A DNA stretch of 64,000 bases from Octopus vulgaris (taxonomy: Eukaryota): NCBI GenBank assembly GCA_951406725.2, contig OX597823.1, positions 5,642,001 through 5,706,000 of the forward strand. The letters run 5' to 3'. Both the position numbers and the translations under genes were made by a program. The notes beneath the pieces are model-generated. The model saw only the letters and a program-made list of their open reading frames with translations. It did not search any database and was not told where the DNA came from. Below are positions 12,699 to 26,786 of the stretch, piece by piece (positions within the stretch are counted from its first letter, which is position 1; every line of letters begins with the position of its first letter).

Positions 12699-14862
12699 TA
12701 TGCATGCATATGCTTGTGTGAGCTATTTTGAACTCTTGTCTTACACATATTTGCTAACTTGTAAGCAAAACAACAATCTCCCTATCACATTCAGGCAGTG
12801 TCATACGCTTGCAGTCAACTGCAAAAACACACCTGGGCTTCTGGACATGTTTTAATATGTTGCACAATCTTTGTGAACAAAATCGCTTGTAACTTCGTTT
12901 GGCTGTTTGTTGTTTGATAGAGGAAATATTGCCTTATTTGGAAATAGATAAAGGTTGGTGACAGGAAGAGCATCCAGCTGTTGAAAATCTGCCTCAAAGA
13001 ATTCCGTTTCACCCATGCAAGCAGGGAAAGGTAGATGTTAAAACGATGATGATATATGTTTTATTTGTTTATCATTTCTTCTGAAAGTATTATCAGTGCC
13101 ACTACAGGGAAATCTTTAGGCAACTTCAATGATGCAGTCATCATTAGAAATCTGTCTCTTATTGTCGGAAAGAAAGGGAAGATATCACCGGAATCACAGA
13201 TGGTGGCTCATAAGTGGATGTTTTCTATCTTGATTTCACCAAAGTTTTTAATTCTGTGCCATTCAAATGACTCATAGCAAAGCTCTCTGCGGTGGGCATG
13301 AAAGGTAATCTTTATAACTGGTTAGAGTCCTTCATTCTCAGCAGAAAAGAATTAGTCACAGTTAGGACAACATTCTGCACTTTATGTGATAATACCTGGT
13401 GTCCTGCAGGGATTATTTGCTATTTATTTCATGCATAAATGAATCAGGTGACAATATGAAGCATGTTACTGTGCTAAACACAGGAAGACAACATTAAGCT
13501 GTGCCATGAGGTAAAATGACCAGATCCTATACACTATAAATCTTTCCTGCAATCTGACCTACACACAAGGCAATAATGAACTACTGACTGATAACTCAAG
13601 ACAACTGTAAACCAGGGCATCATTTTGGGAGGAAAAACCTGAAATTTATTTACTCTTTTCACAACACTTATCTTAAAAAGTTTGCTGGTGAATGTGATAT
13701 AGGCATTATCAACAACATGGACTATATTTCTAAAAATTACCAAATCAGGCAAAACTGTCTTAGCATCATTCAGTAAAGCCTTTGTCAGCTGCCCAAAAAT
13801 TACCCATGTAAAGCTCAATATGGCTATAGTACATCCACACTTAGAGATTGTATCTCCAGTCAGAGGAACCCCTGTCAATTTGCTGGAAGCTGCCCGGAGA
13901 CACACAACCAAATATCCACTGTTAGTCACTTACCGTACCTTGAACATATTGCCTCCCTGGGCACCAACTTTGATGTCTAGCAACTGACTTAGTAGAAGCC
14001 CACAAGATTGTCCACTATCTTTCTAACACCCATGGACATGTTCATAAAATCAAAAAATAGAAACTGTTGAGAGATTTTTTTCATGGAATAAACTACTCAG
14101 ATCAGCTACGAGCTCTCAGGGCACTTCTTCCTTCAAAAATTCCATACATCCCTAAATTCACCAACCTACCTATACACCCTTTGCTCTTTATGTCTTTTTT
14201 GCTGTCTGCTTTTCTCTCGCTTTTTCTTTTATTCTGTGCATCATGTATGTACTTTTAACTTTCACTGCTGTCTTTCTTTACTTGACTTATATATCTGATT
14301 TCTGTCCCCCTTTTTAACCTTTTCTGATGAGCTTCAGTGCACCTCAGCACTGTCTACAATAAGCTGCACAAACTCTTGTTTCATTGTTCATTCCAAGCGA
14401 GAGAATAATCTTCCTTCAAGTATATATCTCTCTTTTACTTGTTTCAGTCATTTGACTGCAGCCATGCTGGAGCACTGCCTTTAGTCGAGCAAATTGACCC
14501 CGGGACTTATTCTTTGTAAGCCCAGTACTTATTCTATCGGTCTCTTTTGCCGAACCGCTAAGTGACGGGGACGTAAACACACCAGCATCGGTTGTCAAGC
14601 AATGCTAGAGGGACAAACACAGACACACAAACATATACACACACATACATATATACGACAGGCTTCTTTCAGTTTCCGTCTACCAAATCCACTCACAAGG
14701 CTTTGGTCGGCCTGAGGCTATAGCAAAAGACACTTGCCCAAGATGCCACACAGTGGGACTGAACCCGGAACTATGTGGTTGGTTAGCAAGCTACTTACCA
14801 CACAGCCACTCCTGCGCCTTCCTGCACCTATATATATATATAAATATACATACATACATATA

Positions 14863-14902
<40 letters not shown>

Positions 14903-14955
14903 TTAGAATTAGTCATGATCTCATATATATATATATATATATATACGCATGTATG

Positions 14956-15028
<73 letters not shown>

Positions 15029-15352
15029 TTATGACTAATTCTAATGATTTCTGGCCTTGTCTTGTATGGCAAACACTAGATTTCCACCATTTCTTCATGT
15101 TGCCATGTTGTATTCCAGAAAGTGTCAAAGAAGTCTCGCATAGTTACTCTGGTGTGACATCAGGTGATGAAAGTCTGGCAGAGTTTATTGGTAAACTTGA
15201 ATCTCCAAGTGAAGCGACTCATGAAGATGTCCCAAAGGAACTTGTAAGTTAATCTGTGAGATAAATCTTAAATCTCTCTTCTCTGGACTTACAGAGTCTA
15301 TTTCTAGTTTCTCTTTGCCTTATAAACATTACTACTACTACTACTACTACTA

Positions 15353-15409
<57 letters not shown>

Positions 15410-15972
15410 TTATTTGATGAAAACTCTCAACTTATTTTGTTGAGTATGATGGAGAATGTCAGCTGTCCACAGCGAGTAGACTAAGGTAACACTTGTTCAC
15501 TGGCCATGCTTCAAGAACCTTGCGAAGAATTCTTGCAGTTCCAACTTGTACTAATCTTTATGAGCCATGCTGGTAGCTGAGTGCTGATACTTCCAAGTGT
15601 GCCAGTTACCATCGGTATCATGTCTACTCTCCTCATTCACCTCAACCTTCGTATTTCCCATTTCAAATTGTTGTAGTTGTTCAGTTTTTTTTTTGTCTTT
15701 CCTTCTTTCTCTTGGATCCTGTTGTCACCGGAGCATGCTATGTTGATTATCATGCATGTTCTTTCATTTTTATTCACCACAACAATGTCTGGTTTCCGAT
15801 GCCTGGTCAGGTGATCGCACTGAGTCATTGTGTCCCTCAGAATTTTGAAATTTTCATTCATGGTGACTCCTGAGCTTTGCTCATACCATGGCTTTGCTCT
15901 TTGTAGGCTGTGATTTCCACAGAGCTCCCAATAATAATAATAATAATAATAGCAGCAGCAGCAACCACCACT

Positions 15973-16003
<31 letters not shown>

Positions 16004-16884
16004 TTAATGAGGATGCATGGCCTAGTAGTTAGGGTGTTGCAATCATAATCATGGGACTGTGGTTTCAATTCCTAGACTGGGCAGTGTGTTGTGTTCTTGA
16101 GCAAAACACTTCATCGTGTGTTACTTTGTGGTCATTTTGACACCTGGCACATGGTATATAGTGCACCTGTTCAGGCAATGTCAATTTGATGGAGAGAGTG
16201 AGCTAATGTGTAGGTATGAACATTTGATCACTATAAACAAAATCATTTGTGCAGTTCATTGGGCAAAGAAGCTGAAAAACTCATACGTTATCTTTGACAG
16301 AGAATCCATCATTAATAACAATAATAATAATAATAATATTGCTCTAAAATTTTGGCACAAGGCCAGCTATTTTAGGAGAAAGTAAGTTTATAATACATCA
16401 ATCCCAGTGCTTGATTGCTATTTATTTCATCAACCACAAAAAAAATGAAAGGCAAAGCTGACCTTAGCAGAATTTGAACTCAGAACATAAAGCTAGGAGA
16501 AATGCTGCTGAGCATTTTGTCTGGCATATTAACGATTCTGCCAGCTTGCCACCTGAATAATATTAATAAAAATAATAATAACAACAACAATTACCAGTAA
16601 AGTACCAGGACCTAGCCATTGAGTTACAAAGGCTATGGGAAGTGTATGTGAAATGTATCCCTGTAGTTATAGGTGCATTAGGACCTATCCTTAAAGATTT
16701 GAACCGATGGATAGAGGAAATAGGCAAAAAACTTAGTTTAGTGCAGCTCCAGAAAACAATATTATTAGGGACAGCTAGGATAGTTAGGAAGGTTCTTGGC
16801 ATCTAAGGTTACTTATTACAGCCCTATATAAGGAAGTTTTCTTTTCCAACTGTTCATCTGTTGTATGTGTATGAAGTAATAATA

Positions 16885-16930
<46 letters not shown>

Positions 16931-17457
16931 TAATAAGTAATACTTTAATTTTCTTTTCTCCACTAGAAGCAGAATAAAGATTTTCCATCCACAAATAAAT
17001 CTTTGCCACACAAGCCACACTTCTCCCTTTTACGTGTGCGGAGTCCTTCACCATCTCGTAAGATTTCCACCTCACGTACACCCTCACCTGGTGTCAAGTC
17101 TTCCATTGAAGATAAGACGGTTGCAGAGTCTTTAACTGCAGAGACAATACCAGAAGAAGAAGATGAAGCTGATATAGAAGAAGTTCTCTCAGAAAGCAAT
17201 AAACAGGAGGACGAGGTGGACTTGAGCGAAGATCTTTCAAGAAGTTAGTAAAATTTTAATGTTATTCTATGGCAATATGTGTACATGTGTATGTGTGTAT
17301 GTGATGTGAAGGCATGTGTCTTAGTGGTTGAGTATTCAGTACTATGTCTGTGGAGTACTCTGCCACTTGCACATTAATTTCAGCAGGCTGTTCTGTTGAT
17401 CAGATTAACTGGAACACTCATTGCCGTAACTGATGAAGTACCTGTGTGTGTGTGTGT

Positions 17458-17516
<59 letters not shown>

Positions 17517-20500
17517 GTCAACATCATTGTCATCTTAACATCTGCTTTTTCATGCTTGCCTGTGTCAGACAAGTGTATGTCCAGGCAGAGTTATGTGTGA
17601 GTGGATGCTTTTCTTGCCTTCAAACTCCCTCCTTCCCAAATGTGGTGATAATTTACCCATCTATAAAATAACAACCAGATCAGACATGTTTATGTGGAGA
17701 ACTAGAAACAAACCACACCATTTAAACGAGCCTTTTGTTTACAAGGATTTTTTAATCCTTGTAATGGGCTTCTTTCAGTTTCTGTCTATCAAATCTATTC
17801 AAAAGTCTTTGGTTGGTTTTGGGTTTTAGTAAAAGACACCCAAGGTGCCAGTGCTATGCAGTGGGACTGAACTGAAAACCATGAGCTTGAAAACTGAACC
17901 TCTCAACCACACAGCCATGCATGCATGCATGCATATGTAGGTAGACATGTCTGAAACAAATTATTTTCACACCCATTATTTGGGATTTCAAATTTAATCC
18001 TTTGCTGAAGGAGGCTCTTTTAGTCATCTCTAATAAACTTGCTTGAAATATGTGCTATTCCCATCTCATGACTTAATAATTTGCACTATAAAGTTCTGCC
18101 TATAACTTTTTGTTTTAATTCTTCATGAGTAATTAATTATAAACTTTTGGCGTTTTGATACAGATTTGGGGCATAGCAAAGTAATTTTGCTACAATTAAT
18201 GTGGTGTGTGTGTATTTTGTGTTGGTGTTGTTTGGGCACCAAGTTGGCCCTGATTCAGGCAACTTATGATCACAGGCATCTATCTATGACTGTACTATTT
18301 GATATGACATTTGCAAAAAATCCCCAATTAGCTAAAATTTGCTTTTGGCTGGAAAAAGTAGAAAACCATTCAAAGCGTCACTATCTACGGAGATTAAATC
18401 TACATTCATGCCATTGGTCAACTTGAGTTATCTTCCTTAGCTGAATTTTTTGTAATCATGAGAATGGAAATCACTACTTGTCAAAAGTGATTATAACACT
18501 TTATCTGCTTCCAAATATCTATACCAATTGATTAAGCTGTTCTGTGAGCATTGTGCTTTGCTGTTGAGATCTAATAAGGCATGAACAAGTATGTAGCTGT
18601 TTCCCTTACCTGCTAACAAGGATCAAATCCCCCCCCCCCCCTCAGTATGAAAATTTAATTTTCTGTGAACATAATTAATTTCCAGAAATGGCTCCCTTTT
18701 CTTTGAGAGTTAATATTTGCAACTAGTTTTTTTATTTTTCTTCAAGAATTAAATTTTAATTCAATTAATTTTTTGCTTAGGTCATTCGGTACATCATAAC
18801 TTACTCGAGCGATAAATATTCGTCATACGGCAAATTGAGTTATTTCCCTTAGCTAATTTTTTTAATGTATTAATTTTGCTCAGAACAGGGGAGATAACTA
18901 GTTTTGGTACTTTATAAAGATTTTTTCTGTTGTTAAATTTGGATTTTAACCGCCAAATCCCTACAATAAAAATTGTGTGTGTGTGTGTGTGTATTTATTT
19001 AGGTATGAATATATTTATATAGATGTGTTTCTGTATTTATATATATACCTTGAATTTTTCTGTTTTTAATTTATTAGTATTCTTCCTAGGTGGGTGGGTG
19101 GGGTCAATTTCTCACTAGGAAATTAAAGCTCCATCATTGGAACTTAGATAACAACGATGATAATTGCTACATATCGAACTTGAGAAAAGCCTGGCATATT
19201 TTAAGTTCCACTTGAAAATTGTATGAGAAAAGTGTGTATTAGCTGTCATTTTTCTTTACTTGAAAATCTTAGCTCATATTTGTCAAGACACAGATATTGA
19301 GTGACAAACATTTATAAGGGAGGAGGCTGTGTAAATGACCACCACCACGGCAATCATCGACAGCATCGTCATTGTTGCTGTCACCAGCCTCATCATCATT
19401 GCCAGTTTGTGTCCACTTTACCATGCTGGCATGGGTTGTGGGCCAGTTTCTATTTGAAGTCACTGTCTTCCTAGAAAGGTTAGCAGATCATGTCTTGTTC
19501 ACACATTCCACTTTCAGCTGAATGCTTTATTTGCAAATTTTATGGTGGCCCTTAACTGTGACACCAAAATAGGTTGTCATTTTACCAATCACTTTCACAT
19601 AACATCTTCATTGTGTCCCAATCCAATATGTCGGATCAGCCTGCCACCATCAATTATTTCAACACAAGTCACTCCATTGCCTTTCTGCCAATATTTCTCA
19701 ACACCAGGGTTTCACACAGCCAGGGAGGTTTGACAATCAATATTCCATATTCAATCCAGGAACCATGGCAGTAATGGACTTCTGCCTACTACTCCTCCCA
19801 CTCCGGTTACAGTAATTCCTGTTTTAACCTTTACCTTTCCTCTCACTCAGATCGTCCCTTTACCTTACACTTCTACAGTTTCCCTTTTTCGTTTTTTATT
19901 TCCTTTTCCTTCTTTTTTCACCCAGTTTCTTTATTCTGCCATTTCCTGTCAATGAATGCACTCTCCTGTTGTTGGACATTCTCTGTCACTTGCTGCCAGT
20001 CGTTTGGATCCATCTGTCATTCCATCAGCCCATTCATCCATTTGTCTGTCTGTCTGTCCTCTCATCTGTCCATGCATGTAGACACACACACACACACACA
20101 CAGACATACATACATACATACACATATGCATAGACACACACACATATACATACAGACACACACATATATTCATACAAGCATACATACATACACAGATGCG
20201 CATGTACATACACATGCACACACATATACACTCATATAAATTTGATCACCACGTTTCCTTAATTCCCTGTTATTTCTATATATTTTCAGTGAACATCTTC
20301 AACATTGATGATTTGGAACTTGCCAGTGCTGCAGCCGTTTCCTCAGAGAAAGAAGAAAGTGAAACTGAAACAGAGGAACAGGTTGTACAACAGACATCGA
20401 AGAAACCAAAGAAAAACCTGTTAACAAGCCAGAAAGTATCAGATGTATCAGTCAGTGAAGATATTCCTGAGAGAGGAAATGCAGCCAATATTTTCTCCTC

Positions 20501-23014
20501 ATTTGGAGTTCATAGCATCGAAGAACTCATACCAAGGAACCATTCAGCTTTAAGTAATCATCAGACTGTAAGTTTTGAAGGTGCATCTATTGTCAAGACT
20601 GCATCACATCTAGAAGAGTCCATTGCAGAATCAGTGCCTGAAGATTCTATTGTGTCTGATGTACCATTAGGCAGGAAGCGAACACCTTCTGTGGCAGTGT
20701 TGGAAACCTATTCTGAAGACTTTACTACTCTGAGTAATTCTAAATCTGAATCTGCAGAGTACACTGAGGACTTCCATACTCTTTCTGCTTCTAAAACAGT
20801 CGACAAAGTGACCAATACCTCCACTATTTTTGTAACAGAGTAAGAACTATCAGATTTTTATCTCTTTGGTCAATATTGCTGTTGTTGTTGCTATTTTTAC
20901 TTTTTGTTAAAAGAGAAGGCAATGCCTAAGATCCCTTACAGGGTCTCTGTGGCTAGTGGGAGGGAGAGAAGAAGGGAGGTCTTCAAACAAGGACCCTGTC
21001 CTGAATGCTTGCAATAAAGTGGATTCTATTAAATACACTCAGCCAGGTGATAATATCAACCCTTCAGCATTCAGATGACTCTGTCAAATGTAGTTCTTTT
21101 TTTATTGATATTGTTTTGAATTAATCATATATTATCTTGTAACTTCAAGATTTCAATGCCATGATTGCTTATTCTTAGAATGACATTGTAGGGTAGGTGT
21201 GAAAGGTTAAATCTGGCCTATTTGAACATATAGCAGACTGAATATTTGGGCAGGTGACCATCCAAGTTAAGTCTACTACTCAGGGAGGCAACACTAGAAT
21301 TGAACTCAGAATGCAAAGAACTGGCACAAATGCTACAAGGCATCTTGTCTGACATTCTTATAATTCTGCCTATTCACCACCCCTGAAGGGGAAAGACAAA
21401 GCTGGCTTCACTGGGATCCAAACACAGAAGGCAGAGTGTTGGCAAAAATAGCACAAAGCAGTGTGTCTGATGCTCTACTGACTCTGTCAATTCGTCTCTT
21501 ATTATTGTTATTGTTGTTAAGTTGTTATTGCTATTGGACATTTCTTGTTCTTCCAAAATAAGTTTTGCAAGGTGAGACAAGAACACTCACTGATTCTCAC
21601 AGGAGAGTGATATTCTGTAGAAGTTGGATGTAAGGGTTTTATTAGGATCAAACTGAGACCGTGGCAGATATCAGTTACTATCCAGCATTGGCAAGCGAAC
21701 ATCGTCTTGAAGGGGGTCCAGGCAACAGTTAAGAGGGCCAGCCATTGGCTATGGCTGAAAAGGAATGATGACGCATGGCTGGAGGGGTGATGATCCTGAG
21801 ATTGACTTGATGATGGATCCTAGTCAATTGAAACAGTAGATAGTGCCTCACATCACTGATAGTGGAAGTGGTGAGGGTGGTGTTCCGTAAATGGTGTGCG
21901 TTCTCTTCTGATGATCCCTAAAACCTTCTGGCAATAAGTATGTGGAGTTTTCAACTGACTGCGCTTGCACTTGCAAGCTGTTCCTAATTCCCTTACATGA
22001 ATGGACACTTATACTCAACTCCAAACAACAGGCTGTATTTAAATAGACAGGTGCAGACATAGCTGTGTGGTTAAGACATTAGCTTCTTAACCACGTAGAT
22101 TTGGGTTCAGTCCTACTTGTGGCATCTTGGGCAAGTCTCCTTCATCGCCATATTTTAATGTCAATCTTTCATGCTCACATGGATTGGACATTATCTCACA
22201 GGTCCAAGAAGTGGATCATGCTCCAATGTCTGCTTTAGCGTAGTTTCTATGGTTGGATGCCCTTCCTTATGCCAGCCACTTTACAAAGTGTGGTAGGTGA
22301 TTTTTACATGGTTTCAGCACAAGTGAAGCCCACACACGGTTTGCAAGACTAAGATCTCTTTTCACTCAGTGATCTTCTGATATAGCACTGGGGTTGACCA
22401 ATATTTTGTGAAGGAATTTGGTAGACGAAAATTAAAAAAAAAAACCCGTCACATGTGTGTGTGTGTTTACTAACATAGACTGAGTTATGGACGAGGAAGG
22501 CAACGTCGTTGTTCGCCGTCGCCAATAAGCAGTGTCATCATCGTTTATGCTTCGACTGCAACTAAAGTTTGTTGACAGGAAATGTTAACAAAATCATTCT
22601 CTGTCTCTACTTTCTCGAATTTTCCCAAATCAGTGACCAAAAATCAAATACTTATCTTGAAAAGCTAGCGGGGGTTGGTTAAAAATCCTCCCTCGAGCTA
22701 TAATTGCAAGGAAAACAGACGTTAAATGATATAAACGAACGATGAAACTAAGATCTCTCCGCTAAACACACACACACACATACAGTCTGAATTGTTATTC
22801 CTTTACTGGATTCATTCATTGGACTATGACCGTGCTGGAGTAATATTTCCAAGGCTTTTAGTCTATTGAAATGTACCCAGTACTTCGCTACTCGTTTTAC
22901 TGAGGTCTATTCAATGGCGGAATTCCTCGAGTAACGTCCCTTTGCGGGAAGTTCACTCCCCTTACATAGATAACGAATTTATACCTGGTTAACGTGTGTG
23001 GAACACTAACACAG

Positions 23015-23075
<61 letters not shown>

Positions 23076-23572
23076 AAACTGACTGTGTAATTAAAAACTT
23101 CGCTTCCCAATTGGATGGTCTCTGGTTCATTCCCACTGCATGGAACATTTGGACAAGTGTCTTCTACTATAGCCCCAAGCTAACGGAATCCTTCTGAGTG
23201 GATTTGGTTGAGGGAAACTGAAAGAAGACCGTTGTGCATGTACACATATAACTTCCACATAGAAAAGGCTGACAGTGACTTCGAAGTCACTGTCAACATC
23301 AACCTATTTCTTGTATGTACTTTACTAAAAAGTAGAGTAATCTTCCACTTCTTACTGTTGAAATAATTTTATATATAAAGATTTGACATAATCACACACA
23401 CACACACACACATTCACATTTATCGATTCACTCCCTCCCTACCCACCTCCTTCCCTCGGTATTTCTCTCTCAACAAGAACCTTTTTCTCTTGAAATAAAT
23501 TTTAATTCTATCTTTCACACACACACACACACACACACATACACACACACACACACACACACATTCCCTCTC

Positions 23573-23604
<32 letters not shown>

Positions 23605-23765
23605 TCTCTCTCACACACACACTCTCTCTCTCACACACACATACACACACACACACACCCTCTCTTGCTCTCTTTCTCTTATTGAATTTCTCTCTCAACA
23701 ACAATCTATCACTAGTCTTTTTTTGAAGTATGTGTTGCATTGTCTCCATATTGAAAGACACACAG

Positions 23766-23806
<41 letters not shown>

Positions 23807-25471
23807 AACACACACACACAAATAACTATATTGTTTATAATGTAAGTTTTTTTTCTGTTGTGTTGTGTCAACAGACTTGCACTTAAAATTCCCACCTTTT
23901 TAATCATAACTTGTTAGTTACTATGGTGACAGCACTATCTATCTATCTACCTATCTATCTGTCTATCTGTCTGTCTGTCTGTCTATCTAGTACAGAGAGA
24001 CAACTAGGTAATGCTGTTAGTAGGAGAAGTTGGAAAGATGAAAGGGGGAGTAGAGTGTAGTGTTGGAAAGAAACAGGGGATGCTAAGCTAACAGAAAGAA
24101 TAGGAGGAACGGACAGGTAGAATGGACAGGTAGAAGAAAGTACCAATTGAGAAATTAGCAATTAGCGAGGGAGAAACAAAAAGCTAAAAATGAAAAATGA
24201 CAAAATTGAAAAATGATGAAAAAACGAAGTAATGAAAAGATGATGAGAAGTTGAGGCAGTGTGAAAGGGTGAGGCTACCTCATCTATTTATCTGTCTATC
24301 ACACACACTCTCTCTCACACTCACTGTATTTCTCTCTCAACAACAACTTTTTCTCTTCCCCATCTTCTAAAAATACATTGTGATGTATATTTTGATTCCT
24401 CCCATTAATACATGTAGGGACGGACAGACAGAGAACCACTTCTCTTTTATAATGTATGTGTATGTATGCTTGTATGTATATGCACATGTACATGCGTATA
24501 TATTTGTGTCTCCTCATCTTGGCACTGCACAATGTTTGTATATGAATATCAGTCATAAAAGCAATGTCATTCGTTTCCAATTGTCCATGGAAATATGCCC
24601 AGCCATGGGAAAATACCACTTTGCTTTGAAACAGGTGAGGGTTGGTGACAGGAAAGGTATCTGGCTGTGAGGTCCATTATATTTGTTTAAGTGATGCTAG
24701 CATGGAAAAACAGACGTAAATGGAAGTCAAACTGCAATTCATGGCCATCTTTTTATTATACCACCAGAATTTTGTCTAGTACTCTACCAATAATGCCAGT
24801 GTTTGTGATATTGTAAAGATCAGCTAAACTGTTGTAATTCCTGGGGACTAATTATAGAAGAATATCAATAACTTACAATGAGAAGTTTTTATCGCAACCA
24901 TTTGGTTAAGGGTTCTGTCTTCACTTTATGATTGGGATGGCTAACGATTAAAATTCAAGGTAATTTTTTGTTAGGCGTGCCATTTGGAAAGTCTGCAGGC
25001 CACAGGTTATCCATGACTGTTCTATACTTTGGCTGCAAGGTGACCAATAACTTGAGAGTGAAATTTGTTGACAGAAACTGAAGAAGCCTGTTGTGTGTGT
25101 GTGGCTGCGTGTTTGTGTGATTCTTATTTTCTGTGTTTGTTAACTTGTAAACAAAACAACAGTCACACGTTCTGAATATAGGTGGTGTCATATGCTGATG
25201 GTCAACCATGAAAGCACATCCAGGCTTTTTGACATGTTTTGGCATGTCATAACTTTTGTCCCTTGTGTCCCTGAGGGAGCATGAGACATCAATGAACTTG
25301 TTTTTTACTATATTTGGTTATTCTCTTAAACACCTTTCTTGTCATATTTCTGGGGAAATGCACTTTGCTTCAAATGACAAAATCTTGAAAAATAGCTTAA
25401 TCTGCTCCTTGCACTTCAAGTTATTCTGACATCCCTGATGTGTGTGTGTGTGTGTGCATATGTGTCAAAGA

Positions 25472-25567
<96 letters not shown>

Positions 25568-26370
25568 CTAAATAGATTCAGAAAGATTTGAAAATTTTTT
25601 AGCGTTTTTGTTAATATTTCCAAATGTTATTTAGTAATTTTGTTAACCATTACAGGTCGAAAGTATCAAAGAAAAAACGACACAAAACACATAAAATGGG
25701 GAGCAGTGTTGCGACACAAACCCAAGAATCAGATTTCAAGCCTTGTTTAGAATGTCTTTACAAGAACCAAGACTGGAAGGGTCGACCTTTACATGAGGGT
25801 GGCAGAACCAAAATTCCACCTCCCAAGACAGGCTATTATCCTTGTGGGCTCCATTCTGTCATAAGTAAGAAATGCTTCTGTTGCTTTTAACTCTTTGATT
25901 CTTTCCTGATATTTTCTTTTGGTTAGTTCCAGAGATTTTACTTTGGAACATATTTCAAATTATGTATTAACTGAGAAGATTCTAATGTAAAAGATGTTAC
26001 ATATTAAAAAGTACTGACTTGAGACAGGATTGGCATTAGTATTATAACATTGCTGGCAGTGCTAAGTGGCTGCTGAACTACCTTGTGGGACAAGCCCTTT
26101 AAACACACACACACATACATTATTTTAAATAATGATGTATGTAACCCCTACTAAATATGTTGAGTGCCTCTTTCTTTCATTTGTCCACTAACTCATATAT
26201 ATGAGGGGGTGCTAAAAAGTTCCTGGGTTTAGGGGTATTGCAAAAAGTCTGGTTGGAGGCCCAAACTTTTGAGTTCTTTTACAGGGCTTAGAAAAACTGA
26301 AGGACCGTTGCAATAAGTGTGTGAATCTGAGGAGAGAATATGTTGAATATAATTGTAATTAACTGTATGA

Positions 26371-26412
<42 letters not shown>

Positions 26413-26645
26413 GTGCCACCTGTGCAGGTGGCACGTAAAAAGCACCCACTACACTCACGGAGTGGTTGGCGTTAGGAAGGGCATCCAGCTGTAGAAACAT
26501 TGCCAGATAAGACTGGAGCCTGGTGCAGCCTTCTGGCTTCCCAGATCCCCGGTCGAACCGTCCAACCCATGCTAGCATGGAGAACGGACGTTAAACAATG
26601 ATGATGATGATGATGATACATACATACTTACGTACATATACATAC

Positions 26646-26678
<33 letters not shown>

Positions 26679-26713
26679 CATACATATACATATATATACA
26701 TATATACATATAC

Positions 26714-26786
<73 letters not shown>

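Noticed and set aside
19490-19860. Possible Penelope GIY-YIG remnant on the minus strand ([10 protein letters not shown])
   Set aside because: Only a few residues match and the frame has many stops.
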